Virus record (IMG/VR): IMGVR_UViG_3300042868_013845
Coordinates: 1 to 64,000 of that record
Reading direction: 5' to 3' (one strand)
DNA length: 64,000 nt
Source of the DNA: a virus
Of this stretch, positions 38,001 to 48,282 are shown one piece after another. The position numbers were made by a program, and so were the translations under genes. Numbering within the stretch: the stretch's first letter is position 1; the number at the start of each line of letters is the position of its first letter. The notes under the pieces are model-generated. The model made no database searches and was not told the DNA's origin. It saw only the letters and a program-made list of their open reading frames with translations.

Positions 38001-40614
38001 AACTTGTATAATATTCAATAGCGCCAATTCGTTTTTCGATATTTCCAATATCTTGCATTGTATAACGACGATTTTCAATAAATCGAACATCTACATCAGT
38101 TGCATTTGCAGTAAATTGTGGCACATAGAGTGCATATATTGCCATGCCATCATCTGGTATATTTGGCAATTTAGGATCAAGATCTGCTTGACCACTAATA
38201 ACTCTTAGACTATTATCACTGTTAACAGAAATTAAATCAATACGTGGCAAATAAAAGTCAATTTGTGCAGTGATTGCACTATAAGGATCAAGACTCAAAC
38301 GTAATTGGTTTGGCAAAGATCTACAATCAATACTGTCACTTAAAACGATATCACCATATGTTGGAATTTCATCAAGTGGCGCCTGTGTTGAAGTTGCAAT
38401 ATTCCCGACCTTATAGCTATTAACCGTATAATATTTTCCTCCTGCATTTCTAAATTCCCAATAAGTAACTTCAAGAGTCGTAGCAGTTCCACCGCCGATT
38501 TTTCTGACCTTTGCATTAACATATACATTATCACGTTGACCATCATCAACTAAAACCCAATTTGCAGTATCAGTAATACTAATTGCATGATATACACCAT
38601 CGAGTTTATAAATGTCACCTTCATCTGCTATTAAATTAACCGATTTAGTAGTTTTTAATTTTATACCAAAATCAGCTCCATCAATATTTCCAGTTTCTGT
38701 TACAATAACCGAAACTGTAGTACCAGCTAACAATGTAGTATCAAAGACAATTCGAATGCCATTTCCATTTGGTATAATATAATAACCAGATGTTATAATT
38801 TCTCCATTCTTTGCAACGACTATATTATTTCGACTCGCATCATATGATCTTCCTGAAGGTCCTTCTTCTGAAGGAGAAAAGTCAACAAAATTAGTATTTG
38901 TCAACAATGTGTTTGTATCAGACAGACGGCGACTAACAACCAAATTCTCAACACTAGTAATTGCCTCATGCGGAAATTGAAAGATTGAATCGGTATTGTT
39001 AATATCATTAAGAGCAACACCATTTGGTTTTTCGACCGTAAAACTAAATTTTCCATAGCTGGCGATGGGAACATCTGACGCTATTACTACAACATCGTTA
39101 AAGCGAGCACCATCATCTAAAACTATATCATAGAGATATAGTTTTGCATTAATCTGATCTGCGTCTTTTATACCTTCCGGTTCAATGCCTGATATTTTTG
39201 TAGTGCCAATGTCAAGTCCCTTTGAATCATATAGTACATAACTGACATTATCATTTTCAAAAACTGGCAAACCGCTGCTGCCATTATCAATGTTTCCAGC
39301 ACCATAACCATAACCATTATATTGATTATAGCTGCTATTATAATAACCAGTATAACCCGTGACATAATTGCCATATAATGCACTCGTCGCAGCATTATAT
39401 TTTGTTCTTTGACCTCGTTCAAATGTCAAATCGGTATATGTTTTTTTGGCTTTAGGAATAACTAAATTACTAGGAGCAAGAGTCTCAACTCTTTTTCCTT
39501 TTACATAAGCAACTCCAGGAGAAAGCTTTGCAACGAAATAATCAGATGCATCAGTTGAAGATATGCCTGTAAAATCAAGCACATCTTGAGGAGAGGTATA
39601 GATCGCATTATAATCTGAACCGAATAATTCTTTGAGCTCAAGCTCGAAATTCTTTACAGTATAATTACCAGATTCTTCATAAGTTCTACGAGCAAGAGTA
39701 TCTTCAAGAGCAGCGCCGCTTTGATCAATGCCATTATATTGAATATAAATTTCGTTTGATCGTATATCAGCGAGCTTAATAGCATTTTCAGCAATACTTA
39801 ATTCTTCTGCTGTTAAAAGTTTTAATGTTAAAACGATTTGATAACGATCTGCACCAGATTCTAAAAAGTTACTTGTATTTGATGCATTATCATTTAATGT
39901 AGAATCATCAATTGAATCAATATAATTCTCTTCGACCAAGAAATAAGCAAATCCGTTGAAATTATCACTAGCTGTGTCGAGTGGTCTTGCCGCATATTGT
40001 CTTTGTGAGGCAACCATGCTGCCTCTTACAAAATAAATGCCAGCATCTGCTGTTAAACCAACTGCTTTTTTATAAGCAAGAGGAGTTAGCGTATATTCAT
40101 CAGTAATAAAATCACCATATGATAGTGTTAACTCTTCGTTTGATGAAATGACATTTTCAATTGGAGTGCCTTCAATGTTTTTATAATAGATGCGATGAGT
40201 TGCTCCTTCAGTTGAATTGCTAACAGACTCAATGGCAGTAACTGATGCTTTACTAATAGCATTAGTAGAATCAGTTGTTTGTCGCGTAATTTTAAGAAGA
40301 GTTAAATCCTCTTGAAATTGAGTAAGCAGTGATTCTGTTATTTGACTATCTGTTGAAAATTCAATACAACCAATAGCTGAATCAAATGTAATTTGTCCAC
40401 CGACAACTTGGCTATTAGGTTTAAATAGTCCAGATCCAAGACGATCAATCTGAGCTTGTAACATGCTCTGAGCCTGGTTAAGTTCACGTGTTTGAACATT
40501 AACTCCTGGCTTAAAAAGAACTCGCAAATAGTTTTTATCGATGGGAGATTTCCCATTAACATCTGGAATATTTAGATCGTCAAAATAATCTTGGTTTTTG
40601 GTAGTAATTGCCAT
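35062..40614 (-). CDS. Large virion structural protein (DUF4815/VrlC-like)
   Basis: RVLFKPGVNVQTRELNQAQ, LARRTYEESGNY, NRRYTMQDIGNIEKRI, KFKNGFITDGF, DPIAQTF. Confidence 0.88.
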   Translation of the reverse strand: MAITTKNQDYFDDLNIPDVNGKSPIDKNYLRVLFKPGVNVQTRELNQAQSMLQAQIDRLGSGLFKPNSQVVGGQITFDSAIGCIEFSTDSQITESLLTQFQEDLTLLKITRQTTDSTNAISKASVTAIESVSNSTEGATHRIYYKNIEGTPIENVISSNEELTLSYGDFITDEYTLTPLAYKKAVGLTADAGIYFVRGSMVASQRQYAARPLDTASDNFNGFAYFLVEENYIDSIDDSTLNDNASNTSNFLESGADRYQIVLTLKLLTAEELSIAENAIKLADIRSNEIYIQYNGIDQSGAALEDTLARRTYEESGNYTVKNFELELKELFGSDYNAIYTSPQDVLDFTGISSTDASDYFVAKLSPGVAYVKGKRVETLAPSNLVIPKAKKTYTDLTFERGQRTKYNAATSALYGNYVTGYTGYYNSSYNQYNGYGYGAGNIDNGSSGLPVFENDNVSYVLYDSKGLDIGTTKISGIEPEGIKDADQINAKLYLYDIVLDDGARFNDVVVIASDVPIASYGKFSFTVEKPNGVALNDINNTDSIFQFPHEAITSVENLVVSRRLSDTNTLLTNTNFVDFSPSEEGPSGRSYDASRNNIVVAKNGEIITSGYYIIPNGNGIRIVFDTTLLAGTTVSVIVTETGNIDGADFGIKLKTTKSVNLIADEGDIYKLDGVYHAISITDTANWVLVDDGQRDNVYVNAKVRKIGGGTATTLEVTYWEFRNAGGKYYTVNSYKVGNIATSTQAPLDEIPTYGDIVLSDSIDCRSLPNQLRLSLDPYSAITAQIDFYLPRIDLISVNSDNSLRVISGQADLDPKLPNIPDDGMAIYALYVPQFTANATDVDVRFIENRRYTMQDIGNIEKRIGAIEYYTSLSLLERDANERSIFGTDGEKFKNGFITDGFRNLDVSDSSQPEFLCSIDSERGILYPYHTGYSIPFNPNAKVNGITIKNNKAFLSYGETDVDYLTQSSASQFIDLQPHEQSADVGIINLTPEVDTWSEKTEQAQTSVELYDGFDSVLRDFANEAGFTGTQWNSWVTTSSVSKKVKNKKAALKFLQANGATGVDIGKFSNKFGGLFGGLFGKKKKRITIQNQVASGVQTDLAFEDVEQSLGDYVKDVKISTYMRTRSVLVDVASVKPNTRFYAFFDGKDVTQFVKLLPTTFNSATYNLTVDEGKSQTELLAKYSTASELVSDADGNIVAMFIIPNDSNFKFSTGEKLLRLTNSPRNIKDEEDSFAEARFISNGLDIDSSETVISTQVPRVKRQEVQRNRICVRKNDPIAQTFRIEDDCGIFASSVELAFAQKPPAGSAQVQVYLVTVANGYPTDTIVPGSETSLTNSQINVSDDSSLMTRFEFANPIYLEPNVEYAVVAFSGSYGYKAYIADLGAVDITSNGAIISEQPAVGVFFTSANKTTWSASQNRDLKFKINRASFNVTSGTLAVNPVIGSGLHRVDISSFATTGDFENIGWETANVTVAVTAAPAGGRTAVVSPVFNSINTAIVGFNITEPGTGYASDPEITVTQIGDNARSATFQGKRPQYRIGAFNLNQKFIELSGKTQISNILELDTGANARTYSVESGEPVENLVNSNFAIGTDTTNDVRLSTTLTTTDSRISPVIDLESLSLETREYAIRESGATSRYFSKPVYLAEPADQLDVIVDINLPTKSSNIKVFGQFFDENNNSISNKYFTRKSPNSGLKYANVVPGWRLVANGTTVGANVVAIITDVQHVEGIWRYYYNETTAIDVETPYDLIAPSVTLPLSTTPLAATHQVIIGSNNLALSVPTESDWIELKPTSPTVIPVNSDRAKYSEVKFNINFPEEDVDFKQFAVKIEFRGKDYIDVPTIRNFRAIATL

Positions 40615-42110
40615 TATAGTTGAATTATGATTTTGATTTCTTCGTTTTGACCTGCTTCGCGAGTAACCGCACCTCTATTATCTATAAAGAGAATTTCACC
40701 AGTTGATGTATTAAATAGTGTTGAGCTAGCGTTTAGCTCATATTGATTATCCAATAATGTCAATTCCCTATTGACGATCTCAATATCATCAGGTGCGACT
40801 ATAGTTAATGACTGTGTATGGTCAATGTTAAACAATCCAGCCTGAATGCTATTATAATAATAGTAATACCATACATTGTCTTTAAACTCAACTGCACTTA
40901 TTGTCGCAACTAAATAATTACCTTGTTTAATTTTCCAACCGGTATCAACATTATTACCACTAAGAACCAATCTTTCATTAGCAGGATAACCATTTTCACT
41001 CGTAGAAAATGATTTATGAACGCGATCAACTGTTGCATCATCCAGATTATTATTATTATTTCTCTTTGGATTTTTAATAATTGAAATTTGGCGATAAGAT
41101 GTTCCGCTTGGTACAAATTGACTATTAACAGTATCTGCTCCAACACCAATATACCAACTTGGCAATGTTGTTTCAAGCTTGCTTTCATAACCACCAATTG
41201 GGGCAATAATCGGAACAATTTGTGTTGTTGTATAACCACTTGTTGTTATGCGAGCGGTTGCAGATGACCATAGTTTATATGTTGTTCCAACTGTAATATC
41301 GGCATTCAGTGTTATTTTAGTGATTTTTCCATTTACTATTTTAAGTAAAGCAGGAACGGTCATTGTTGTTTTAGATCCATCTCGTAAACCAGTAATTTCT
41401 ACATTAACTGCAGTACTGGGTCCAGTTGCTAAATTAACACCAGCATTAATAATATGAAAGCCGTGTATTAAACCGGATGAAAATGGTGTAGCTGTAACAG
41501 TCTGACCAAAATCATATGAAACAAATGCTCCATTATTTACTGATGTATTTGCCGCTTCATAAGTTCCTATATAAAGCCAAATATAACCATCACCGCCATT
41601 AGAAATTGAATATTTATAAAGACCCGGAACAGTTGTTGATGGAACTTCTGAAGGTGAACCAATGCGATTATAACTATTGCTTGCAAAGGTTGCATCATGA
41701 TCTTTTGCGACGCATAAAAATACATGATTACCACTACCACCACCGAGACTGTCAAGGCGTGAAATTACAAAGCATGGAAATTGTGTTGAACTTGCATAAA
41801 AACAAGTAGGATCATATGGATTATAAACTTTATAATCACGATCAGATTGAATGATATTATTTGGCAACATTGTAGAGACACTGCTGCCTGAAATTTTAAA
41901 TAGTGCTGAAATATTTTTTCTAACTTCAGCTGCATCGCCTGGTGTGCCAGCTGGAAATGGACTAGTTGGAACTGTTTGACTTGGGTTTAATTCTGCCCAA
42001 CCATCTTGTTTACCAATACCAATATAATAATTATTGGCATTATTTGTAATGTCATCAAATAGTCTTTTTCTAGAATTGATTCTAAATTGTTCGGTTATAA
42101 TCGCGGCCAT
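40614..42110 (-). CDS. gp8: Baseplate wedge protein
   Basis: MAAIITEQFRI, YYIGIGK, DGYIWLY, YRQISIIKNP, GEILFIDNR...EEIKIII. Confidence 0.85.
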   Translation of the reverse strand: MAAIITEQFRINSRKRLFDDITNNANNYYIGIGKQDGWAELNPSQTVPTSPFPAGTPGDAAEVRKNISALFKISGSSVSTMLPNNIIQSDRDYKVYNPYDPTCFYASSTQFPCFVISRLDSLGGGSGNHVFLCVAKDHDATFASNSYNRIGSPSEVPSTTVPGLYKYSISNGGDGYIWLYIGTYEAANTSVNNGAFVSYDFGQTVTATPFSSGLIHGFHIINAGVNLATGPSTAVNVEITGLRDGSKTTMTVPALLKIVNGKITKITLNADITVGTTYKLWSSATARITTSGYTTTQIVPIIAPIGGYESKLETTLPSWYIGVGADTVNSQFVPSGTSYRQISIIKNPKRNNNNNLDDATVDRVHKSFSTSENGYPANERLVLSGNNVDTGWKIKQGNYLVATISAVEFKDNVWYYYYYNSIQAGLFNIDHTQSLTIVAPDDIEIVNRELTLLDNQYELNASSTLFNTSTGEILFIDNRGAVTREAGQNEEIKIIIQL

Positions 42111-42119
42111 AGTTATTTG

Positions 42120-42127
42120 TATTTATA
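42120..42127 (-). promoter_or_regulatory. Late promoter TATAAATA for gp8
   Basis: Exact consensus 9 nt before the ATG. Confidence 0.75.
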
Positions 42128-42137
42128 TTGATTTGTT

Positions 42138-43481
42138 TTAAAAAATAATTGCTCCTTCTTCAATCAAGGGCAGAATAATTGCTCCTTCTTCACTAAGAGC
42201 AGAAGCTTCGTCATCAGTGCTATAGTTTGCTGGTGCACCAAATTCGTCATAGCCTGAATTGTAATTTCCATCAAATATAAAATATGAATTTAGACTATTG
42301 AATTGTGGGCCAGAACCAGTTAATGGTGGATTAGCAAATGCATCTGATAATGTTAGATCTGCATATTCACCAATACTTGAATTATCAATTACCTTATCAT
42401 AACCATTCCAACCTTCTCTAAAGATTGACAATGGTGTATTAGAATTTTTAGAGCTTATGCCATAGGTAATATAAAATGCATGAAGCGCTTCATCAAAAAC
42501 ATATGAGCCATTATTGCTTTTAATCGGTCTTAGATTTCTAATAAAATGATAACCTCCATCAGGCAACAATGACAGGATTGTGATAAAGTCATAGATGTAT
42601 GCCGCACTTTGATTAGTCGGTGTATGTTTGCCTCGAGCAGTTGTTTCCCAGTCGATACTGCGCCAACAATTATCATCGGCTATAGGATCAATCTTATCTC
42701 CGCTGAAAATTGCTTCATTATAATAATAGTAATCAGCAGCATCTTCAGAGTAATAAATGCCATAACCATCAGGCTCGACATAAACATCATCTAAAAATCT
42801 ATTTGGAAATTCACTCCAATCAATATCTAAACAGCCAACATTTGTCCAGTCATTGTTATTTGCAAGCTCAAGTATAAGTGACGCAAAAAACTTTAAACCG
42901 GCCGGATGAATATACTTTGCATATTCAAGACCCCACTCGCTTTTAGCTAATTGTGTGTAAATGACATATGAATAGTTCTGCCAACGCTGATTATCATTCA
43001 AGCGATAAACATCAGATGTCTTTGATCTATTGATATCACTAGTTGTAAACAAAAAGTTTTTAGGATAAAACAAACTAACTACTTCATTGAAAAACAATCG
43101 AAAGAAACTAAAGATACTCTCTTCACTACCACGATTTGTATAATAGTTTGCAATAATCTTATAAAGACGAACGCGGTCAATAGATTGACTTGGTGGTATA
43201 TAAGAACCAATAAGTCTTTCAATAGCATCAAGATAACGATCATCTGTCGCCATATCAATATCATGATTTCGCATGATATTGTTTATCTCAAAGCTTGGTC
43301 CAGTACCACCACTTATCTCTGATGTATATTTTTTATTAAGAAATCGATAATAAGCTTCCAGCAATTTTACCAATTCACTTGCTTCATTTTCAAAATGATA
43401 TGGCAAACTGCTTAAAGCCTTTGCTGGCTCAACAATTTCAGAATATTCAACTCGGGCATTGGCTGTTACTAAGTCACTCAT
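42138..43481 (-). CDS. Baseplate wedge protein (compact gp7-like)
   Basis: LLEAYYRFL, YYTNRGSEESIFSFFRLFF, WQNYSYVI, IHPAGLKFF; between gp6 and gp8. Confidence 0.75.
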   Translation of the reverse strand: MSDLVTANARVEYSEIVEPAKALSSLPYHFENEASELVKLLEAYYRFLNKKYTSEISGGTGPSFEINNIMRNHDIDMATDDRYLDAIERLIGSYIPPSQSIDRVRLYKIIANYYTNRGSEESIFSFFRLFFNEVVSLFYPKNFLFTTSDINRSKTSDVYRLNDNQRWQNYSYVIYTQLAKSEWGLEYAKYIHPAGLKFFASLILELANNNDWTNVGCLDIDWSEFPNRFLDDVYVEPDGYGIYYSEDAADYYYYNEAIFSGDKIDPIADDNCWRSIDWETTARGKHTPTNQSAAYIYDFITILSLLPDGGYHFIRNLRPIKSNNGSYVFDEALHAFYITYGISSKNSNTPLSIFREGWNGYDKVIDNSSIGEYADLTLSDAFANPPLTGSGPQFNSLNSYFIFDGNYNSGYDEFGAPANYSTDDEASALSEEGAIILPLIEEGAIIF

Positions 43482-45394
43482 CTATCTTTGGGAAATGTTT
43501 TATAATCAACGCTACGACTATTGCCACCTCGGGCAATTTCATCAATAAAGATATTAGTTGTTGTAAGAGTTTGGTCAATTTCTAATAGCGCATTTCTTTT
43601 TGCAACAACATCATTTGAAAAACTATTAACAATAAACTTAAATTGCACATCACTATCACTATAAAGTGTATTTAGTGTCATTATGCCTGTTTCAATATTG
43701 AAAGTTCCGGCATCTGCATATTTAACATTCTTATTGTCTTTGATATAATAGCTATAGATGTTTATAATATTGCGGTCAGATGTTTGTTCTTCACCAAAAT
43801 AAAGTTGAAGATCGCCTAAAGTCCACGGTACATCGCTAATAATATTAACAAAAACTTTACCATCATCTGTTGCACATCTTGCTCCAAAATTCAATCTAAT
43901 ATTATTAACACCAGTTGAACTTAGATTAAATGCTTGGCTAAGATAAACACGAACAAGACTATTTAATATAGCGCTTGAACTATCTTCAATTGCTCTAACA
44001 AATTGACTATGTCTAAAAACACTATTAAATTCATTGATGCGATTAATATTATAATCAGTTATAATGTCACTAATTCGTGAAGAAATATCAGAACGTGATA
44101 ATGTAGTAACATTTGGATTATATTTTACCAAAATATCAAGTACAATCTTGCATCGTTGCGCATCAACCATTTCGGGAAAAATACTCAATATCTTTTTAGA
44201 TTGTAGATAAGCTAGTATCTCTGCTTTATCGTTATCACTAAGATTTACACTTGTTGATTGATCGCTAATCTTATTAGCGCTAATAAAAACTTTTCCATAA
44301 ACAGGAGGAACATTATCCTCACCTCCCCATACACTAATGCTATTAATATAACCAAAATTTGCTTTGATTAGATTAGCATAATCATCGCTTGTAACTGCAC
44401 GATTTTGTGTTGCAAAACTTGATATTGCATTATTTTTTAATGCAGATATGCTTTCTTTTTCTTGACCACCACTTGAACGACCATTTATTGTTAAACCACT
44501 TGTTGATATTAAACCTATCATTGATGGCTCTGAAACTATCAAATTCTGATTAATAATTCGCGAACAATTATTTGCAACTACACCATTTGTTACAATATAT
44601 TCGAGTTCAATAATATTTCCAGGATCAAGTTTTTTACCAAAGACACCATCACCAAAACTAATTTCATATTTTCCAAAGATATTTTCGTTGATAAAATATA
44701 CTGGTGTTTTATCAGTTATTGTTAAACTGTTATTAAATGGTTGAAATAATGAATTACTGCCTGAACTTGAATCTTTTTGTACACGCACCTTTAATGACGA
44801 TATGTCAATATTATCATCAATGATTTCATATGTGGCGCTTGTATCATAAGCGATCGCGGCATAACTTCGAGTAACCAAATTGCCCTGATAAGCAATTGCT
44901 GGCTCGGAATCGGTTGAAACATAGTTATTTCCGCTTAATGTTAGTTTCACATCATCTCGCAAAACAAAACTATAATCACCTGATTCATTTTGTGATTGCA
45001 ATGATGAAACAGATCCATTAAATAATCCGCCTCTAACTGTTATTTCAGGTGAATGATTAACTATATTAGGATTTTTCGGTATACTAATATTAAAACTAAG
45101 TTGTGATGCACTACGACTACGTGGTATATAACCCAATAGTTTGGCTGCAGATACAACGCTGCTTCGTAATTGTGCACTATCAATATAACTTTCATTGACT
45201 GCCATATGTGCAAGCATCGCGTTATAGTGAGTATTATATGCTAATACATCAATTATAGTATTTAGATTGCTGCCTTCAAAATTCCAATCTGAAAATTTAC
45301 CATTTTCTTCTTCTTTAAAATAGCTAATAAGATTAGCCTTGATTTGATCAAAATCAAGAGTTGTAACATCGATCTGTTTGCCTAGATTTGCCAT
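43478..45394 (-). CDS. gp6: Baseplate wedge protein
   Basis: LDFDQIKANL, DVLAYNTHY, ISFGDGVFG, QNRAVTSDDY, VWGGEDNVPPVYGKVFIS. Confidence 0.96.
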   Translation of the reverse strand: MANLGKQIDVTTLDFDQIKANLISYFKEEENGKFSDWNFEGSNLNTIIDVLAYNTHYNAMLAHMAVNESYIDSAQLRSSVVSAAKLLGYIPRSRSASQLSFNISIPKNPNIVNHSPEITVRGGLFNGSVSSLQSQNESGDYSFVLRDDVKLTLSGNNYVSTDSEPAIAYQGNLVTRSYAAIAYDTSATYEIIDDNIDISSLKVRVQKDSSSGSNSLFQPFNNSLTITDKTPVYFINENIFGKYEISFGDGVFGKKLDPGNIIELEYIVTNGVVANNCSRIINQNLIVSEPSMIGLISTSGLTINGRSSGGQEKESISALKNNAISSFATQNRAVTSDDYANLIKANFGYINSISVWGGEDNVPPVYGKVFISANKISDQSTSVNLSDNDKAEILAYLQSKKILSIFPEMVDAQRCKIVLDILVKYNPNVTTLSRSDISSRISDIITDYNINRINEFNSVFRHSQFVRAIEDSSSAILNSLVRVYLSQAFNLSSTGVNNIRLNFGARCATDDGKVFVNIISDVPWTLGDLQLYFGEEQTSDRNIINIYSYYIKDNKNVKYADAGTFNIETGIMTLNTLYSDSDVQFKFIVNSFSNDVVAKRNALLEIDQTLTTTNIFIDEIARGGNSRSVDYKTFPKDR

Positions 45395-45834
45395 TATCGT
45401 ATTTTGTTAAGTATAAATTTAATTTCTCCGTTTTGAGAATATATGGTTTGAAACATGATACTAATATCATAACTATTGCGATCATTATTTGCGACAACTT
45501 TTACGTTATATTCTGAAATTCGTGGCTCAAATTTTGTTATGCCATTTTCAATTTCAAGTGTTATTTGTCGTTGTGTTATAGGATCAATATTTTCAAATAA
45601 CATACTAGTTACTTGTGTGCCAAATTCTGGATTAAATGGTCTTGATCCAACTTCGGTCAAAATAATATTTTTAACACTATTTTTAATAGCGTCAATATCA
45701 CTAGCTATCATAACATCCCCTGTTATAGGATGAATAAATCGAGTATGAATATCGCGATATATCCCACCTGAAGCAATAATCGGTTGATATTGTTCAGTGT
45801 TATAGTCATTGAGATTAAGAACTCTACTCATCAA
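45394..45834 (-). CDS. gp25: Baseplate wedge subunit
   Basis: AIKNSVKNIILT..GSRPFNPEFG, FEPRI. Confidence 0.94.
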   Translation of the reverse strand: MMSRVLNLNDYNTEQYQPIIASGGIYRDIHTRFIHPITGDVMIASDIDAIKNSVKNIILTEVGSRPFNPEFGTQVTSMLFENIDPITQRQITLEIENGITKFEPRISEYNVKVVANNDRNSYDISIMFQTIYSQNGEIKFILNKIR

Positions 45835-45836
45835 AT

Positions 45837-47432
45837 CTATTTATATCCATCCCATTTTTTCATCTTGGCGAATGCATGCGCATCATTATATTTTTTACTA
45901 GTTTTTGTACCCATCTCAACCAAATAAACTTCAACTCCAGCCAGTGTTGAATTTCTGTATTTTGCAGCATCTGATGGTTCTTTAATATAAACGTCAATTT
46001 TATTCCAAGTTTCTTTTTTCTTTGCTGGACCAGTATCAACAACAGTAACAATTCCACTTGGATTTAGTCCAGCTGGATCATAAATTGAACCATCTGGATT
46101 TTTCAATTGTAATTTAGTTCCTCCGGGCCATCGCGATGTTGCACATGAATAACCACTAACTAATATTTGACCACCATACTCGCCGTTACCAGTATATGAA
46201 TCTGATATATCTGTTAACGTTCTAGGCGGATAATCTCGTGCAATCATACTAGCTTCTTGACTTGCAATATATTGAGGAGTCCAAGCGGTTGGATATCCTA
46301 TAACTTTTGCTCTTTCACTGGGCACAAGATCAATAAATGTTGTAAGATCCCATCGCGGATCACCATATTTAGAAATACCGGTTGAAACTCTTTGACCAGG
46401 CTGATAATTATTATTCTTTACAATATTCCATTCGCTTAATGTTTTATGTTCAGATTCAGCAATCAATATTGCATATTGCGCCTTTTGTTTATAAAACTCA
46501 CGAGTCTCTGGAGACCACTCATAGCTATATTCACTAATTTTTCGGTCAATTTCAGCATTAAAAAGAGCTCGTAATTTTGTAACCTCATCATCGCTTGCCA
46601 CACCATAACGATTAATAACTGCACGAGAGAAATTTTGCAAATGACTTAATGCATCATTTACTGCAGGCGGTGTTTGAGGAGCTCTATTTAAAACACCAGC
46701 GAGTTGATTAGGCACAAAATCAATTACATTTGTAATTTCAAATCCAATTCTACTAATCACATCTTCATATTTTTGTTTCTTTTCAAGTGATGCTGTATCA
46801 ACTTTAATAAAGCTACCAAAATCTGGTAAAGCTTCGGGCTTCATATTTTTAACACCACTTGGCACTGGTCCTCCGCCTAGACCCATCATAGTACATATAT
46901 TTAAGTTATCAATATTAGCCAAAATCTCATTAAGATTGTTAATTGTGCTGCCATACTTTTCTTGTATTTGTCGAAATATTTCGCTTCTTTCAAGTATGCC
47001 TGCATCCTTTGCAAGTATGAGCAGCTCTAAAAACGATTTGTCAAGCAAGCTTTGTACAAATGCAATATAACCATTCACTGTATTAATTACTGCCATAACA
47101 TTAGTCGCAGTAGCAAGAGCAGCAGAAACTGTACTATTTTGCAATAACAATGATGTTAACTTTTTAGTTAATCGATCAATAATAATATCATCAATATTTT
47201 TAATACAATCAGACAATCTGGTAATAGAACCAAAATCAAGACTTTCTCCACCAAGAACTTGACTAATATCTGATTGAGTTTTACCAATGCGTATAAGATC
47301 GGCACTATTAATAGCGCTGCTAATATTTGCTTCTTTAAGCAATTTATTTGCTGTTAATTCATCAATTGGATTATTTGATTGTAATGAACCCAGTGCTTGT
47401 TGTATTTTTGCTAGATCTTCTAAATTTGACAT
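45837..47432 (-). CDS. Baseplate-region protein with probable C-terminal 3D (MltA-like) domain
   Basis: CATSRWPGGTKL...VTVVDTGPA...KIDVY resembles the 3D domain pattern; helical N-terminus. Confidence 0.5.
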   Translation of the reverse strand: MSNLEDLAKIQQALGSLQSNNPIDELTANKLLKEANISSAINSADLIRIGKTQSDISQVLGGESLDFGSITRLSDCIKNIDDIIIDRLTKKLTSLLLQNSTVSAALATATNVMAVINTVNGYIAFVQSLLDKSFLELLILAKDAGILERSEIFRQIQEKYGSTINNLNEILANIDNLNICTMMGLGGGPVPSGVKNMKPEALPDFGSFIKVDTASLEKKQKYEDVISRIGFEITNVIDFVPNQLAGVLNRAPQTPPAVNDALSHLQNFSRAVINRYGVASDDEVTKLRALFNAEIDRKISEYSYEWSPETREFYKQKAQYAILIAESEHKTLSEWNIVKNNNYQPGQRVSTGISKYGDPRWDLTTFIDLVPSERAKVIGYPTAWTPQYIASQEASMIARDYPPRTLTDISDSYTGNGEYGGQILVSGYSCATSRWPGGTKLQLKNPDGSIYDPAGLNPSGIVTVVDTGPAKKKETWNKIDVYIKEPSDAAKYRNSTLAGVEVYLVEMGTKTSKKYNDAHAFAKMKKWDGYK

Positions 47433-47441
47433 AACTTAAGT

Positions 47442-48272
47442 TTATGGTATAGGTGTGCTAGTTGGTGAACCTGATGCCGCACTAATATGTTTATGATTAG
47501 CTAGACTAATTGCTCCAGAAATAAAATCTTGACCGCTGACAATGCCTGTTGCTGTTATAGAAGGTGAATTAATATTTGTAATTGGACTATCGCTATTAAT
47601 CGATGCAATACTTTGCAGATTTATACTTGATGTTCCTGCTAGATTTAAACTTGTACTGCTAATCACAGTAGAAACACCTGATGCTAAACTAATAACATTT
47701 GATGCACCACAAACAAAATTATTTCCAAAAAAGCTAGTTGTAATTGCATTAAAATTTGCATTCTTTGTTATGCGGCAATCATATTCGCCGCCACATCGTG
47801 TTACCATATCAGCAACACTATGATGTTGCAATTGACTGCCACTATTATGAATAATATCGCCTTTTGTTGTTTCAGTAACAAATGCGCCATCACATTTTTG
47901 AACAATATTACCTGTAACTGAAACATTCATATCCCCAGTTATATTTAGATTATAATTGCCGTCAACTTTAGTATTGCACTCACCAATTACTGTAATATCA
48001 ACTTTACCATATACTGTTACTTTTTCATGACCAAAAACCATTGTAAAATTTTCACCAAATATAGTAAGATCGCGTCCTTTTTGAGTCCAAACTTCGCGAT
48101 GACCCTTTGGATGAAACCTTAATCGGCGTTCCGCCCCAAGCGTATCATCAAGTTCATCAATATGTCCGCCTATTGTTTGTGAAGTTTTTACTAACCCATC
48201 AATAGAACTATCCGAATATATTGGAAATGCGGAATTTTGATTTGAAATATTATTAAAACCTGTAGTGTCCAT
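47442..48272 (-). CDS. Central spike, gp5 C-terminal beta-helix part
   Basis: GGHIDELDDTLGAERRLRFHPKG (gp5-like), VxG repeats, ISLANHKH tip. Confidence 0.8.
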   Translation of the reverse strand: MDTTGFNNISNQNSAFPIYSDSSIDGLVKTSQTIGGHIDELDDTLGAERRLRFHPKGHREVWTQKGRDLTIFGENFTMVFGHEKVTVYGKVDITVIGECNTKVDGNYNLNITGDMNVSVTGNIVQKCDGAFVTETTKGDIIHNSGSQLQHHSVADMVTRCGGEYDCRITKNANFNAITTSFFGNNFVCGASNVISLASGVSTVISSTSLNLAGTSSINLQSIASINSDSPITNINSPSITATGIVSGQDFISGAISLANHKHISAASGSPTSTPIP

Positions 48273-48282
48273 ATTTTATATA

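Noticed and set aside
42144-42192. 19-bp direct repeat at the end of the gp7-like gene (EEGAII twice)
   Set aside because: Looks like a local slippage duplication with no evidence of function
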